Made by a program: the position numbers and the translations under genes. From Paragordius varius (taxonomy: Eukaryota; Animalia; Nematomorpha), in assembly GCA_964247055.1 (NCBI GenBank), contig OZ176051.1, positions 4,340,001-4,404,000 on the forward strand: a stretch of DNA of 64,000 nucleotides. Reading direction: 5' to 3'. Positions 1-12,057 of this stretch are shown piece by piece. The notes under the pieces were generated by a model. The model was not told where the DNA came from, did no database searches, and saw nothing but the letters and a program-made list of their open reading frames with translations. Positions within the stretch are counted from its first letter, which is position 1. Each line of letters starts with the position of its first letter.

Positions 1-546
1 TTTAGTCCTTCGATTCAAATTGGGGTAGTTGGATACCCCAGGCCTGTTAATACTTTAAAAAGTATGGAAGGAATCGAAACCATGGCAAAATTTTGCACTT
101 ATATTACATCAATAAACCTAAATATATAAAAAAATTTATTCAAAAATATTTGATATTAAATATTTTAAGCTAACGTAAAGGTAAAAATTTCGTCAACGTG
201 ACATGTTTTAAATGGTAAAATCAAAAAATAAAAAATAAATCGCTTTACCTTTTTCTATCAATGTTAGATGTAATTTATATTAAATTTAGCTTTAGTTTTA
301 TCCTTGAAATTAAATGAAAACGATATTTTGCAAAAATTTTGTAAAATAAAAATGGCGTCGAATTATTTTAAGGTAAAACTTTTTTTTCAAAACAAAATTT
401 TATCAAGATATTTTGGCATATTTATATAATTTTTATCAGGATAGAAGCATAAATTTAAATTGGGACCGTTTTCTTCAGTAGTTTTTTAAAAATGATAATT
501 TAAATTTAGTCTGAGGTATTTAGATACCCCAATTTGAATCGAAGTG
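1..546 (+). mobile_element. piggyBac-like TTAA MITE (left end cut by window)
   Basis: Ends GAATCGAAGTG|TTAA at 546-550. Colinear with the 10241 copy. Confidence 0.85.
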
Positions 547-678
547 TTAAATGAACACGATATTTTGCAAAATTTTGTAAAATAAAAATGGAATCGAAGT
601 CGCTTTACAATTTTGTTTTAGAGGTGCGTTTGCTTTGACTCTTCGATAATTTTTTTAAAAAACACAATTTATATTTGA

Positions 679-1668
679 CACTTCGATTCAATCTGGGGTA
701 TCTAAATACCCCAGACAAAATTAAAGTTAAAATTTTAAAAAAACTGAGGGAAACGGTTCTAATTTAAATTTTTGCTTCTATCCTAATAAAAATTATATAA
801 ATAAGCTAAAATCTATATATTTATAAAAATGGAAAATGCTGGCTTTGTGATCTGCTACAGGAAAACCGGTAGACCCAATCAAATCCAAATATCGAAAAAA
901 TATAATGATTAATAAATGTCCGGACAATAGCTTCGCCCTTTTTTTGAAATAGGCCCCAAGTTCGGGCGCACCCCGTATGAAAAACGGTTTTTTTTGAAAA
1001 CAGAAGTCCACAAAAATGGTGTCTTTGAGACAATTTTCTGGAGAATTGCGCTGAACATAGTCGTCTCGCCTTTTAAATTTAGGCCCTCTTTTTACCCGCT
1101 ACCCCCGTAAAATGCCATTTTTTTCAAAAAAACAAGTCCACAAAAATAATATTTTGATTGTATTTTTTTCTCAAGGTATGAAGCTGTAAAAATTCAATAA
1201 GGATTCCACGTATTCCCTGTTAAAAGGCAAAATTTTAGATAGCTGCTGAGTAAGGAGTATCTATCATATGCATAGGATGTTAAAAATTATATGGATAATA
1301 AAACATTATTTATGGTAATCTATTTATTTATAAAAATGGAAAAGGCTGGCTTTGTGATCTGGTCCAGGAAAACCGGTAGACCCAATCAAATCCAAATATC
1401 GAAAAAATACAATAATCAATAAATGCCTTGACAATAGCGCCCTTTTTGAATTAGGCCCCAAGTTCGGGCCCAACCCGTGTGAAAACGGGTTTTTTTTGAA
1501 AACAGAAGTACACAAAAATCGTGTCTTTGAGACAATTTTCTGGAGAACGTGTTGGATCATTCAATTTCAAATATGATTTTTGTTAACTTATTTTCGATTG
1601 CACCGATGATAGTCGTCTCGCTTTTTTAATTTAGTCCCACTTTTTACCCGCTCCCCCCGTAAAACGCC

Positions 1669-1700
<32 letters not shown>

Positions 1701-2152
1701 GTCCGAAGTTCCTCGGGCTGCGTAGCAGCACGAGATTTACGCTAGTATCTTAATACAAGTTCGTTTTGAAAAAAAAATTATTTTGCAAAATCTTTGCAAA
1801 ATATGGTTTTCATTTATTTTTCAAGGTATAATTAAAGCTAATTTTTTTAATTACATCTAATATTGATATAAATAGAAAAAGTGGTTTATTTGGTATTATT
1901 TTACAATTTAGCTGAACACACACGTTGACTAAATTTTTACCTTTGGGTTTTACCTTAAAATAAGTAATATCAAGTATTTTTTAAAAAATTTTTTTTATAT
2001 ATTTCGGTTAATTAATGTTATATAACTACAAAATTTTGCCATGGTTTCTTTTCCTTCCATAATTTTTAAATTATTTATTTTAAACCGGCCTAAGGTATCC
2101 AACTACCCCAATTTGAATCGAAGGACTAAAATGAATGTGTTGTATCCAAGTG
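679..2152 (-). mobile_element. piggyBac-like TTAA MITE interrupted by the tandem-repeat family (about 805-1750)
   Basis: CACTTCGATTC at 679 and GTATCCAAGTG|TTAA at 2152. The two halves are consecutive parts of the consensus. Confidence 0.75.
805..1700 (+). repeat. Repeat family B: two head units at about 505-bp spacing, built of about 125-bp GC-richer subunits
   Basis: TATTTATAAAAATGGAAAA(T/G)GCTGGCTTTGTGATCTG starts near 818 and 1326. An inverted homolog lies at 52750-53120. Confidence 0.75.
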
Positions 2153-2829
2153 TTAACATACATTTGAATACGGGGTCATATTTAAATCGAAATTTTAGGT
2201 GATAGAAATGTTCAGTGATTGAATTATGTAGAGTAAGTGTTTTTTAAATCCTAAGATGTTATTATAACGTATCCATCATACCTCAAATAGAATGAAATAC
2301 GCTTCAACAATGCTAAAAATTAAATTTTTAAACAAATATACACATTTTAAAAATATTTTTAGTTAATATCAACATTTAGTATACAAAAAATATTTATCGC
2401 GCAATCTCGGGATGTTTTTATCAAAACTAGCTTATTACGTAAAATTTGAGACTTTTGGATCCCACACTAAAAATAAAATTAATTAAAAATATTATCGTGC
2501 GTATATGTATTTTGTAATATATTTTAGTGATATTTTTTGGAATGAAGTATTTAGCTTTCACGAATATAAAATTTATTTAAAAAAATATGCGCAGTGGCAT
2601 CTTGAGCAAGTCTTAACCCAGCAATTGTACATTTTAAGATGGAGGATAAAAAAAAGACTTAACTCAAATCTTTTGCTTATAAATGTAACATTTTTTTGCC
2701 ACCAAATTTGAATTTTACTGAAATTAGTTTGATCATTTTTAGTCAAAATTTATGAGGCACCAAAAAGATAAAAAATCAATATTAAAATTATATTATTATG
2801 TATTTTATATATCAGGGGCCTAAAATTTG

Positions 2830-3506
2830 CAAGTTGGTGAAATTATTTGCTTTTAAAACATACTCCTATTATTTTACCACAAGTTTAGCATAATTTTTCA
2901 GGTATAATACGTACAAATTATGGAGTATTTTCTAATTATATATTCTAAGCTACACCAGAATCATTAAGGAGTTGTTTTTTTTCGCGTTATTTCTTCAATC
3001 GAACAATTATCTCCAGTGTACACCAGCTCCTCACGTTTTGCTACTTATTTTGTTAGGAGCCTTTTTTGCAAATATAATGGCATGTTTATAGAATATACAC
3101 ATCATATTATTTTTAATTGATTATTAATATTTGATAGGATTTCAGATGCATCTTATTTAAATTTAACAGAGTTTTTTCGGAAATTTTATATTCGTTTGTA
3201 TTTACCTAATTTGAATAGGTTAATTAGGCAAAAATTTTCAAATGTTTAATATTAAAGTTCCAATAAATCCCAAATGATATATATAAATGGTTTTCACAAT
3301 AATATATCCCTATTTTTAAATATGTCAGAGCGCTCTACTTGCGAAATCTTCAAGTTTTTCTGATATAATTTTTTATCACCTCCTAATGAAGTTTTCTTGA
3401 TTGACTTAAGTCCTCTAATGTTGAAATTTTTTGATCACATGAAAGCAAGTTATAGCTTCGAAAACTTGAAGTCAAGTCAAAAAAATTTTTGTCACCCCAC
3501 CCTGTA
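2830..3506 (-). mobile_element. Possible decayed Tc1/mariner end
   Basis: Reverse complement begins TATACAGGGTGGGGTGACAAAAA...GCTATAACTT, a mariner/Tc1-like terminus. No intact ORF and no matching second end seen. Confidence 0.3.
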
Positions 3507-3944
3507 TATCACTTGTCAAGGCCAAAACTAATAGTTTCATGATAACCCAGATACATTATTCAATCAGAGTATATATTTTTCATCAGGATATTTTGTTTGT
3601 AGACTGTTTTTTATAAAAATATATTTATTTTTGTAGCAATTGCTGTATACACTACCGAAATCTGGCGGTATTAAAATCTTGATGGAATTCTATATTTTGA
3701 TAGGAGAATGTTTCAGGATTATCATCGTGCTTTTGGTTGTGGCTTTTATGGTAACTGCTTCATATCAGAAAATGGAAAAAATTTCGCATATTTCGTTTAA
3801 TTTTTTTTAATATATGTTCCATCCCAAAAATCATTGCTAAATTGTATCATAAACAAATTATAAAAAGTAATATGATATTTTTATAAACTTTTAGAAATGG
3901 GCTCCAAAAGTCTCAAATTTACCCGTATGGGCAAATTCTCTTAA

Positions 3945-4456
3945 GACTTAGATACAACACATTCCTTTCAGTCCTCCGATTCAATTGTGTTTAAAGACCA
4001 TAGGCCTGTTTAAAATAAAATATTTCTGAAAATATGGAGCAACCATTGCAAAAGTTTGCACTTATAAAACATTGATGCACCGCAATACAATTCATTAAAA
4101 AAACTTTATAATACTTATTTTATGGCTAAGTCAGAGGTAAAAATTTAGTCAACATGTCATGCGTACATAAATATAAAAACAATGCAAAATAAACCATTGT
4201 TCTGGTTATATGAATAATAAAAAATAAGCTTTAGATTTAGCGTTAGAATCAAATAAACATAATATTTTGCAAATATCTTACAAGATAAAAATGGCGTTAA
4301 GGTAGTTTTTTTTGAAACTTTCTTTCCATATGGGTTTATTATATAATTATAAGGATAGAAGCATAAATTTAAATTAGCATTTGTTTTCAGTAGTTTGTAA
4401 AATATCAACTTAAATATAATCTGGGGCCCCTAGATACGTCTATTCGAATCGAAGTG
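3945..4456 (+). mobile_element. Diverged piggyBac-like TTAA MITE
   Basis: TTAA|GACTTAGATACAACAC ... GAATCGAAGTG|TTGA. Confidence 0.7.
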
Positions 4457-4639
4457 TTGAAATAAAGGCAAAATAGACGAGATTGGGCGATAAATATATT
4501 AAATTTACTCTAAATTTGACAGAATTGATATTTTGCTTAACACTCCATTTGGGGAGTTTTATATCCCAGAGTGATTCCTGAATATTCTTTCTTTTGCCTT
4601 TTTGGTGCATTTACAATAAATTTATATATTAATAAAAAT

Positions 4640-6600
4640 AAGAGGTGTGAGCTTTGAGCAAGGTTTGTCGAAAACGGATAAGCCTCTTACGATCAACTAA
4701 AATTTATTAAATCATGTTTAAATATGCCGACATTTACTAAGCCCTTTTTTTGAATGAGGCCCTGAGTTTTGCCCCATCCGTGTAAAAAATAGGTTTTTGA
4801 CAAAATGACCCCTAAAATCTTGTTCGAGGTGTTTCCAGATAACGTGGCCCATTAAGTTTGAATAGTGTACTCATTAACATGTTTTATAAATGCGCCGAGG
4901 GTAACTAAGCCCCTTTTTAAATTATCCACTCAATTTAGCCCTACACTTATGTAAAAATATGGTTTGTTTGACTTGGCACACGTTACCGAAAAATGTGTGG
5001 GCATAGTCAGTTACAATAGTGTACTTTTTTATTGTTCTACTATTGCGTCGAAAGTGACTAAGCCTTGTTTGAATCACGCCCTCAGTTTTGCCCCAGAGTT
5101 TTTTAAAAAATTGGAAGTGCGAAAAATTTTAAATTTGACCGACATATCCTACAAAGACGGTCCATTCAGTTTCAATATGGTACTTTAATAATCACAAATC
5201 TGCTGGGGGTGACTAAGGTTTTTTTATAAATTAGCCCCAGTTTAGCCCTACACTTATGAAAAAAATAAGGTTTGTTTGGCTTCGCACATGATACCGAATG
5301 TGTGGGCACAGTTAGTTTCAATAGTGTGCTTTTTTATAGTTATACTATTATGCCGAAATAGACTAACCCTTTTTTTGAATTAAGCCCTTGCCCCACATCG
5401 CGTAAAAAATAGATTTTTGGAAAAAATGGAAATCCTTAAAATTTTGAATTTAACAAACGTTTCCTGAAAACGTGTGGGTTCATTCAGTTTCAATAGCGTA
5501 CTTTTTATAATTTTTTCCATACGCGCCGAGGGTGACTTAGCCTTTTTTTGAATTTGCCCCTCAGTTAACCCCCTTATGAAAAAATGGGGTTTGGAAGAAT
5601 TATTTGGTTTGACACAAGATATCAAAAAACGTATGGGAACAGTCAGTTTCATTAAAGCTTTTTTCAATGACGATTGCGCCTCGGGTGACTAAGCTTTGAT
5701 TGCGATTTAGTCCCTAATAGCTCCCTTCAGTGTGAAAATAAGCGGTTTTAGATCATAACGTTGAAACAAATTTTTGGAAAGCGTGTAGACCCGTGCAAAT
5801 TCAACAGTGTACTTTTTACATTGTTTTGCAAAGGGGCCGAGGATAAATAAGCCCTTTTTTATATTAGCCCTTCAGTCCAGCCCCCTGTGTAAAAATGGGC
5901 TTTTTAAACAAATATTGGTTAGGAAGCACTTTAACGAAAAGCATGTCGGCGAAGTGAGTTTTAATTATGTACTTTTTATAATGTTTTACAAATCCGCCAA
6001 GGGCGACCAACCACTTTTTTCAAATTAACCCTTCTTTGTCACCTGATACTGAAAAAGGTGTGGGCACAGTCAGTTTCAATAAAGATTTTATTTTAATTGT
6101 AAAGTGATAAAGCCTCTCAATTTAGCCCCACTTTTTGCGAAAATAGGGACTTTAGCGTTAAATCACTTTTTGGAAAACGTGTAGTCTTATGCATAATCAG
6201 AAGTCGTGATTTTTTTGATTATTCATAAATTTCCGAGTATGAGTAAGCCTTTTTTGATTTGGTTCCAGCCCGGCCTGTGTAAAAATGGGTTTCAATATTG
6301 CTTCTTAAATACCTTGTAGAAAAACTTAAAGGCCTATTCAATTATAATAATTTTTAAAATTATTTATTAATTGTTACAGGAAATGAACCCTTATTGTTTA
6401 TTAGCCCCTCTGCTCCACCCCACCCATGTGAAAATATTTTTGTTTAACAATTGTTAGCTTTCACATAGAGTTCCAAAAAACATTTGGGTGCATTTTCAAA
6501 TTATTTTTTTTAATTGATTTTCCCTTTATTTGTCTTTAAAATTGCCCAAGTAAGATTTATCCAAAGCCAACTGACATCCCTCTGTTCAACCCCGCCGTTT
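4640..6600 (+). repeat. Degenerate tandem array, roughly 135-175 bp period (family B subunit)
   Basis: Recurrent GACTAAGCCCTTTTT...GCCC...GTAAAAAAT...CAGTTTCAATAGTGTACTTTT. Confidence 0.65.
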
Positions 6601-7746
6601 GAAAAGGCAGTTTGTAGAAATAGATTTTGATGCATTTTACTCAAATAACTTACCCATATAAATTCACAGTATAAATTTAATTTTATGAAGTGCTTTGTTT
6701 AAAATATAATCTTTCAACTTTATTTAAAGAAAATTGCCCATTATGAAAGGGTATTTTGAAACTTACGCCCGCATCTAAAAATTAAAATTTTAATTGTTTC
6801 TTTCTATAGGTTATTTATAATTTATTTTAATGAATTTTTTGGAATTAGGCATTTTTTACCAAAAATTTTTTACAAAGAAATGTGCGCAAATATTTGTATT
6901 TTATAACATGGAGTAACACAAAAGTTTGAATAACTTTTCTCACAGGCCAAAATCAAAAGCACCATGAAATTCCTTTTACATTTTCAGGATATTTTTTATA
7001 TACCCCGAAGGATGTGCTATTTAAATTTTGTTGTATTCGTTTTTATTATAGCGAAAGAATAAAATGGCGGGAATATTTTTTGGAACTATACCTTAATATC
7101 ATATGTTCAAATTAGGCCTAATACGTTCAATATTTGAGGAAATTTTTAATATCAATAGTGTATGCTTTCTATATATCGAGATAGATTGTTATATATAGGG
7201 ATGACTTTTAAAATGTGGCATTTACATTTCACTAAAAAAAGTTTGGTCATAAAAGCGATTTAGCAATTTTTCGATACAAAACAATTACCAAAAAAATGTA
7301 AAAACCTTTTCAGAAAAGTCCAAAAAACCATTTTGATCTTGATACATATATATATTAGAATATATATATCCATATTATTAGGATATCTTTTTATACATCT
7401 GTTTTATCCACTATGATAGTCTTGCTTATGTCTGAATATAACATTATAAATTTAATTTTAATAATTTTTAAAAATTTGGATTGTTCCATACCCAATATTA
7501 TATACATAGCTATACATATTATTATCTGGTATATTGTCCAATATATATCCTTTATCTTAAAACAAAATGTGCGTTAAATGTCGATTTATTTATCACTAAT
7601 AATAAAGTCATTTCTAAATTAGGCTTATTAACCAAACACGCTATCATTAACTTCTATTATATTTTAATATTAAATAATTTAAATTCATGCAGTATAATTC
7701 ACCAAAATTTTTAGGCATTTCGAAAATGGTTGTATAAATGTATGCA

Positions 7747-9081
7747 ATGAGTAATATCGCTTTTACATATGAAGGCCATATGAATCCAGAAACGATATTT
7801 TTATTTTTGAAGCCTAGTTTATATTATTGTTATTTTAGAAACATTTAATTATGATATTATAAAATTTTTATTAAATAAATATAACCAAAAAATAGACCAA
7901 TTTGATCAAGTATATTATTTTTAATTAAAGGACGGATTAACCATATTATGTCATGCTTGCTTTAAAGGCAACACTAAATTAATAAAATTGTTAATATCGT
8001 TGGGCGCAAATGTTAATTACGCAGTTATAAAAGACTATTACACACCTCTTATGTTCGCATCGATTTCAGGGAGGCTTTTAGTAATTTAATATTAAGGCAA
8101 TGCATTAGCTGTTAGCCTTTTATTGGAAAATGGTGCTGATCCATATATCATAAATAAAGTTAATAGGACGGCCTCACAACTTGCTTCATTTATTGGTAAA
8201 TATGCTATTATATTAAAGGTTATCATTACATTAGTAACGTAATCAACAATTTTTTTACCTATAAATATGTGGTTAGTCAGGCACAAGGTACCCTATTTGA
8301 TTGAATAGTTTAGATATTACAATAACTAATAACCATTATCTATACAAATTAACATATGATATCCTTAATCTTATAAATGTTTACCCCTTTAAAATTTTTC
8401 TTTACATCTTCTATCACCGATGTGGAATATTTAATTATCATTCGGATATTTTATTACTCCTTAAGCACATAGCAAAAATTGAACCGTCAGTAAAAATCAA
8501 CAGTGATGATCAAATAAATGATAATAAATTATTTAAGGTCTATTATTTGCATTATTGGATAAAGTATTTTGTTGAAATGATGAAACTAAACATTCCAAAC
8601 AATTGTCAAACTCAAAATCAAGAAATATATAAAATTTTGAAAAAGTTTACTTAGCTGTCACAATATATATTAGAATTTATACGGACGTAGTAAACCCAGA
8701 TTTGCATTTTATGGAGCGCATGATTAGAACGTGTATTAAAGATTATCCATTGAAAGATAACTCCATATTTAGAACTTTAGTTTTTGAGGTACATAAAGTA
8801 CCTTTGGTAAAATTTGCGTTCTAAAATAGGGTCAAAAGCCATGTAGCGAAGAAATCCTTTATTCACTTTTATATTTTGCCAAAGACCAAAATTCCAGCAA
8901 AGCAAAAGACACTCAAGAAATTGATTACAAAAATATTTGTTTTGTATGTCATGATAAACAGGAATTGAAAGAATGTTCACTTTGCAAAAAAGTATTTTTC
9001 TCCAATTTATATTAGGTTAAATATTGTTCCAAATTTTGCCAAAAATTAGATTGGCCTTCACATAAAAGCATATGCTTTTAA
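7747..9081 (+). CDS. ANKMY2: Ankyrin repeat and MYND domain-containing protein 2 (9 exons, 8 tiny introns)
   Basis: Hand-spliced introns: 7817-7838, 7910-7930, 8070-8096 (GG-AG), 8196-8218, 8288-8313, 8645-8673, 8807-8829, 8992-9015. Product has ankyrin repeats (DQDGLTILCHACFKGNTKLIKLLISLGANVN; TPLMFASISGNALAVSLLLENGAD), the ANKMY2-like VINNFF and FMERMIRTCIKDYP segments, and a C-terminal MYND finger CFVCHDKQELKECSLCKKVKYCSKFCQKLDWPSHKSICF*. In-frame ATGs at 7738, 7747 and 7780, so the start is uncertain. Confidence 0.85.
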
Positions 9082-9110
9082 AATGTAATATATATATTAT
9101 GTGCAATAGT

Positions 9111-9527
9111 TTATTTATTAAGATATTCTAACATTTGTATTTTATAATTTGCTAATTCAATAAATAAATGTACCGCATTGTAAAAATTATTTTGTATCAA
9201 TTTTAATTCCCTCGGTGGCATGGTTGATAAACCTTTTAGTTTTAAAATATTCTTGTGTATTTTATCGTCGATACTCTGAGACTCATTTAATTTTATTTCG
9301 CCGCTGTCATTTCCAACATCAATGCTAATCGAATTCTGATCAATTAAATACTGTGAAATATGATGAGAAAGTGTGGTTGATAACCCATTTGAAGCATTAA
9401 TATTGTTTTTTCTTGCCAAAGCCATATTTAAGTAACCATCACTCAATATATTTCCCAATTCTACTGATTTTACTAAAAATATATTTAGGGCGTTTAAAAA
9501 ATTTATACATTTTTCATCATCTGACAT
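9111..9527 (-). CDS. CCDC115: CCDC115 / Vma22-like V-ATPase assembly factor
   Basis: 138-aa ORF. N-terminal LGNILSDGYLNMALARK resembles the family motif (human LNARVEEGWLSLAKAR). C-terminal PPRELKLIQNNFYNAVHLFIELANYK resembles [23 protein letters not shown]. Recognised from memory of the family; no search was run. Confidence 0.72.
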   Translation of the reverse strand: MSDDEKCINFLNALNIFLVKSVELGNILSDGYLNMALARKNNINASNGLSTTLSHHISQYLIDQNSISIDVGNDSGEIKLNESQSIDDKIHKNILKLKGLSTMPPRELKLIQNNFYNAVHLFIELANYKIQMLEYLNK

Positions 9528-10240
9528 TTCATATAAAATATGAATGTTTGTTTTTTACATATGTTTTTTTTAGAATAGGTTTTAGATTTCCCACATCATA
9601 AATAAGGAATAAAAATCTAAATCTTCTTACATGTTTGTAAAATTATTTATTTTGAAAACGATTTTCCAAGGCTAAATTAATATATAAAATATTAACACTT
9701 TATGACTTTTGTGATTTCCTAAAGCGATTTGAGTATTGAATATTATCAGGCCGAATTTAAAAATAATAGCCTTTTAGGCGCATATCGAATTTTTTAAATA
9801 TATATTAACTTAACTTCTCATCTTAAACTTTTTCGCTAACTGGTAAGTAAATGTATATTATGGTTAGTAAATGCAAAATATTTACTTTCTAAACCTTAGT
9901 TGCATTTTAACAAAACTTGATATATTTTGTTTTTAATATAGGCCCTCTTTTGGATCCATTTTGGGGCGGTCCCTATTTTATACTTTAGTTCAAAACTGTA
10001 AAAAATAATCGTTTTTCTTTCTAATACAAGAGAACACTCTTTGATAATTAAAATTTGACTAAATCTACTTTTAAAACAGTAGATTTACAAAATGGGCTCT
10101 TGGATATAAAGCTACCCCAATATATCATCGCGGACAAAAAAATGAAATAGTCATGAATAGTTTGACTTATATAACTTATTAAAAAGGTCTAAAATTTCAT
10201 CAAGCAAATCTGCTTATTTGATAAATGTTAATCATTTTAA

Positions 10241-10809
10241 CACTTGGATACAACACCCTCATTTTAGTCCTTCGATTCAAATTGGAGTAGTTGGATACCC
10301 CAGGCCTGTTTAAAATCAAATACTTTAAAAAGTATGGGAAACCATGGCAATATTTGCACTTATATAACATTAATAAACCGAAATATATAAAAAATTTTAT
10401 TCAAAAATACTTGATATTACATATTTTGAGCTAAAACTAAAAGGTAAAAATTTAGTCAACGTGACATGTGTCAAAATGTAAAATTCAAAAATAATACAAA
10501 GTAAACCGCTTTTTCTATTTCTATCAATGTTAGATGTAATTTATATAAAAATAAGCTTTAGTTTTACCCTTAAAATTAAATGAAGACGATATTTTGCAAA
10601 ATTTTTGTAAGATAAAAATGGCGTCGAAGTAGTTGTGGAACTTTTTCTTCAAAACAAAATTTTCTCAAGATGTTTTGGCATATTTATATAATATTTATCA
10701 GGATAGAAGCATAAATTTAAATTGCGACCGTTTCCTTCGGTAGTTTTTGAAAAATTTTAAATTTAAATTTAGTCTGGGGTATTTAGATACCCCAATTTGA
10801 ATCGAAGTG
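10241..10809 (+). mobile_element. piggyBac-like TTAA MITE (569 bp, reference copy)
   Basis: TTAA|CACTTGGATAC...GAATCGAAGTG|TTAA. An internal copy of the right-end repeat CTTCGATTCAAATTGG lies about 30 bp inside the left end, giving asymmetric terminal plus internal IRs as in piggyBac. Confidence 0.88.
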
Positions 10810-11191
10810 TTAAAGTCAGTTTAAACAATAACAGATATTTAAACAAAAGATCTCAAAAAATTGGCGGCTAAAAGTGAAATAAAAATTTATATACCCAATT
10901 TTTAATTTTTTATGTGTGCAACCAAAAGGTAATTTTGGCATACGTGTAACCTACCAATTATCTTTTAACCTTATATATATCTTTTATCTTTATATAAATT
11001 GACCTTTGTTGTACTCAATTAACACATAATGGCACACCTTATATCCAATTAACCACGCAATATATATATATATATATATAATATATTGCGACACATAAAA
11101 TTTCTATCTTATATATAAGTTGTATCTAATATCATAAAATTTCCGTTTATTTTAATTTGGCTCAATATCTATATTTAAAAACGATCTAAAC

Positions 11192-12057
11192 CAGTGGTTC
11201 ACAACCTTTTTTGTTCATGCCCACCAAATTGAAAAAAACCATTGTTGCGCCACCCCCTCCCCCTTCCTCAAAAAGATAAAAATAAAAAATTTATTATGAT
11301 ATTAAAAATCATGATCAATGTTGTATCAGCGATTGTTGAAATATTTTTTCGATATCAGTGACATATCTTGATAATTTGCACCTGTAATCCTCAATTACCT
11401 TTAATTTGTTTCTTGTTTAACACTTCGATTCAATTTGGGATATCTAAATACCCCATACTAAATTTGACTTGGGATTTTTTAGAAAATACTGAAGGAAACG
11501 GTCCCAATTTAAAATTATTCTTCTATCCTAATAAAAATTATATAAATATGCCAAAATATCTAAATAGAATTTTGTTTTTAAAAAAAGTTCCATGTCAAAC
11601 TACTTCGACGCCATTTTTATTTTACAAAATTTTTGCAAAATATTGTCCTCATTTAATTTTAAGGGTAAATTAAAGCTATTTTTTATTTAAATTACATCTA
11701 ACATTGATATAAATAAAGCGCTTTATATCGTAGTATTTTACAATTTTACCATTCCACACATGTCACGTTCACGAAATTTCTACCTCTCGGTTTTAGCTAA
11801 AAATAAGTAATATCAAGTATTTTTAAATAAATTTTTTTATATATTTCGGTTTATTAATGTTATATAAGTGCACAATTTTGCCATGGTTTCGATTCCTTCC
11901 ATATTTTTTAAAGAATTTAATTTTAAACAGGCTTGGGGTATTTAACTACTCAATTTGAATCGAAGGACTAAAATGAATCTGTTGTATTCAAGTGTTAACA
12001 TTTAAATTAAATTCTCGAAACTTTTCGCGCCCCCCAGCCCCCCTTTGGGAACCACGG
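11192..12057. mobile_element. Small hAT MITE (CAGTGGTTC ends)
   Basis: Left end CAGTGGTTCACAACCTTTT, right end GGGAACCACGG. 8-bp TSD ATCTAAAC / CTCTAAAC (7/8), close to the NTCTAGAN preference of Charlie-type hATs. Confidence 0.7.
11421..11994 (-). mobile_element. piggyBac-like TTAA MITE inserted in a hAT MITE
   Basis: TTAA at 11417-20 and 11995-98. Reverse orientation of the 10241 copy. Confidence 0.88.

Noticed and set aside
793-1560. Similar short ORFs at 793-1560, 11368-11673 and 52874-53183 as a small gene family
   Set aside because: They lie in non-coding repeat copies; frames are not conserved between copies and there are no protein motifs.
1671-1692. Poly-C run (also about 25996-26010) as a functional G-quadruplex
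   Set aside because: Homopolymers inside repeat copies; length is variable or error-prone and nothing else supports a function.
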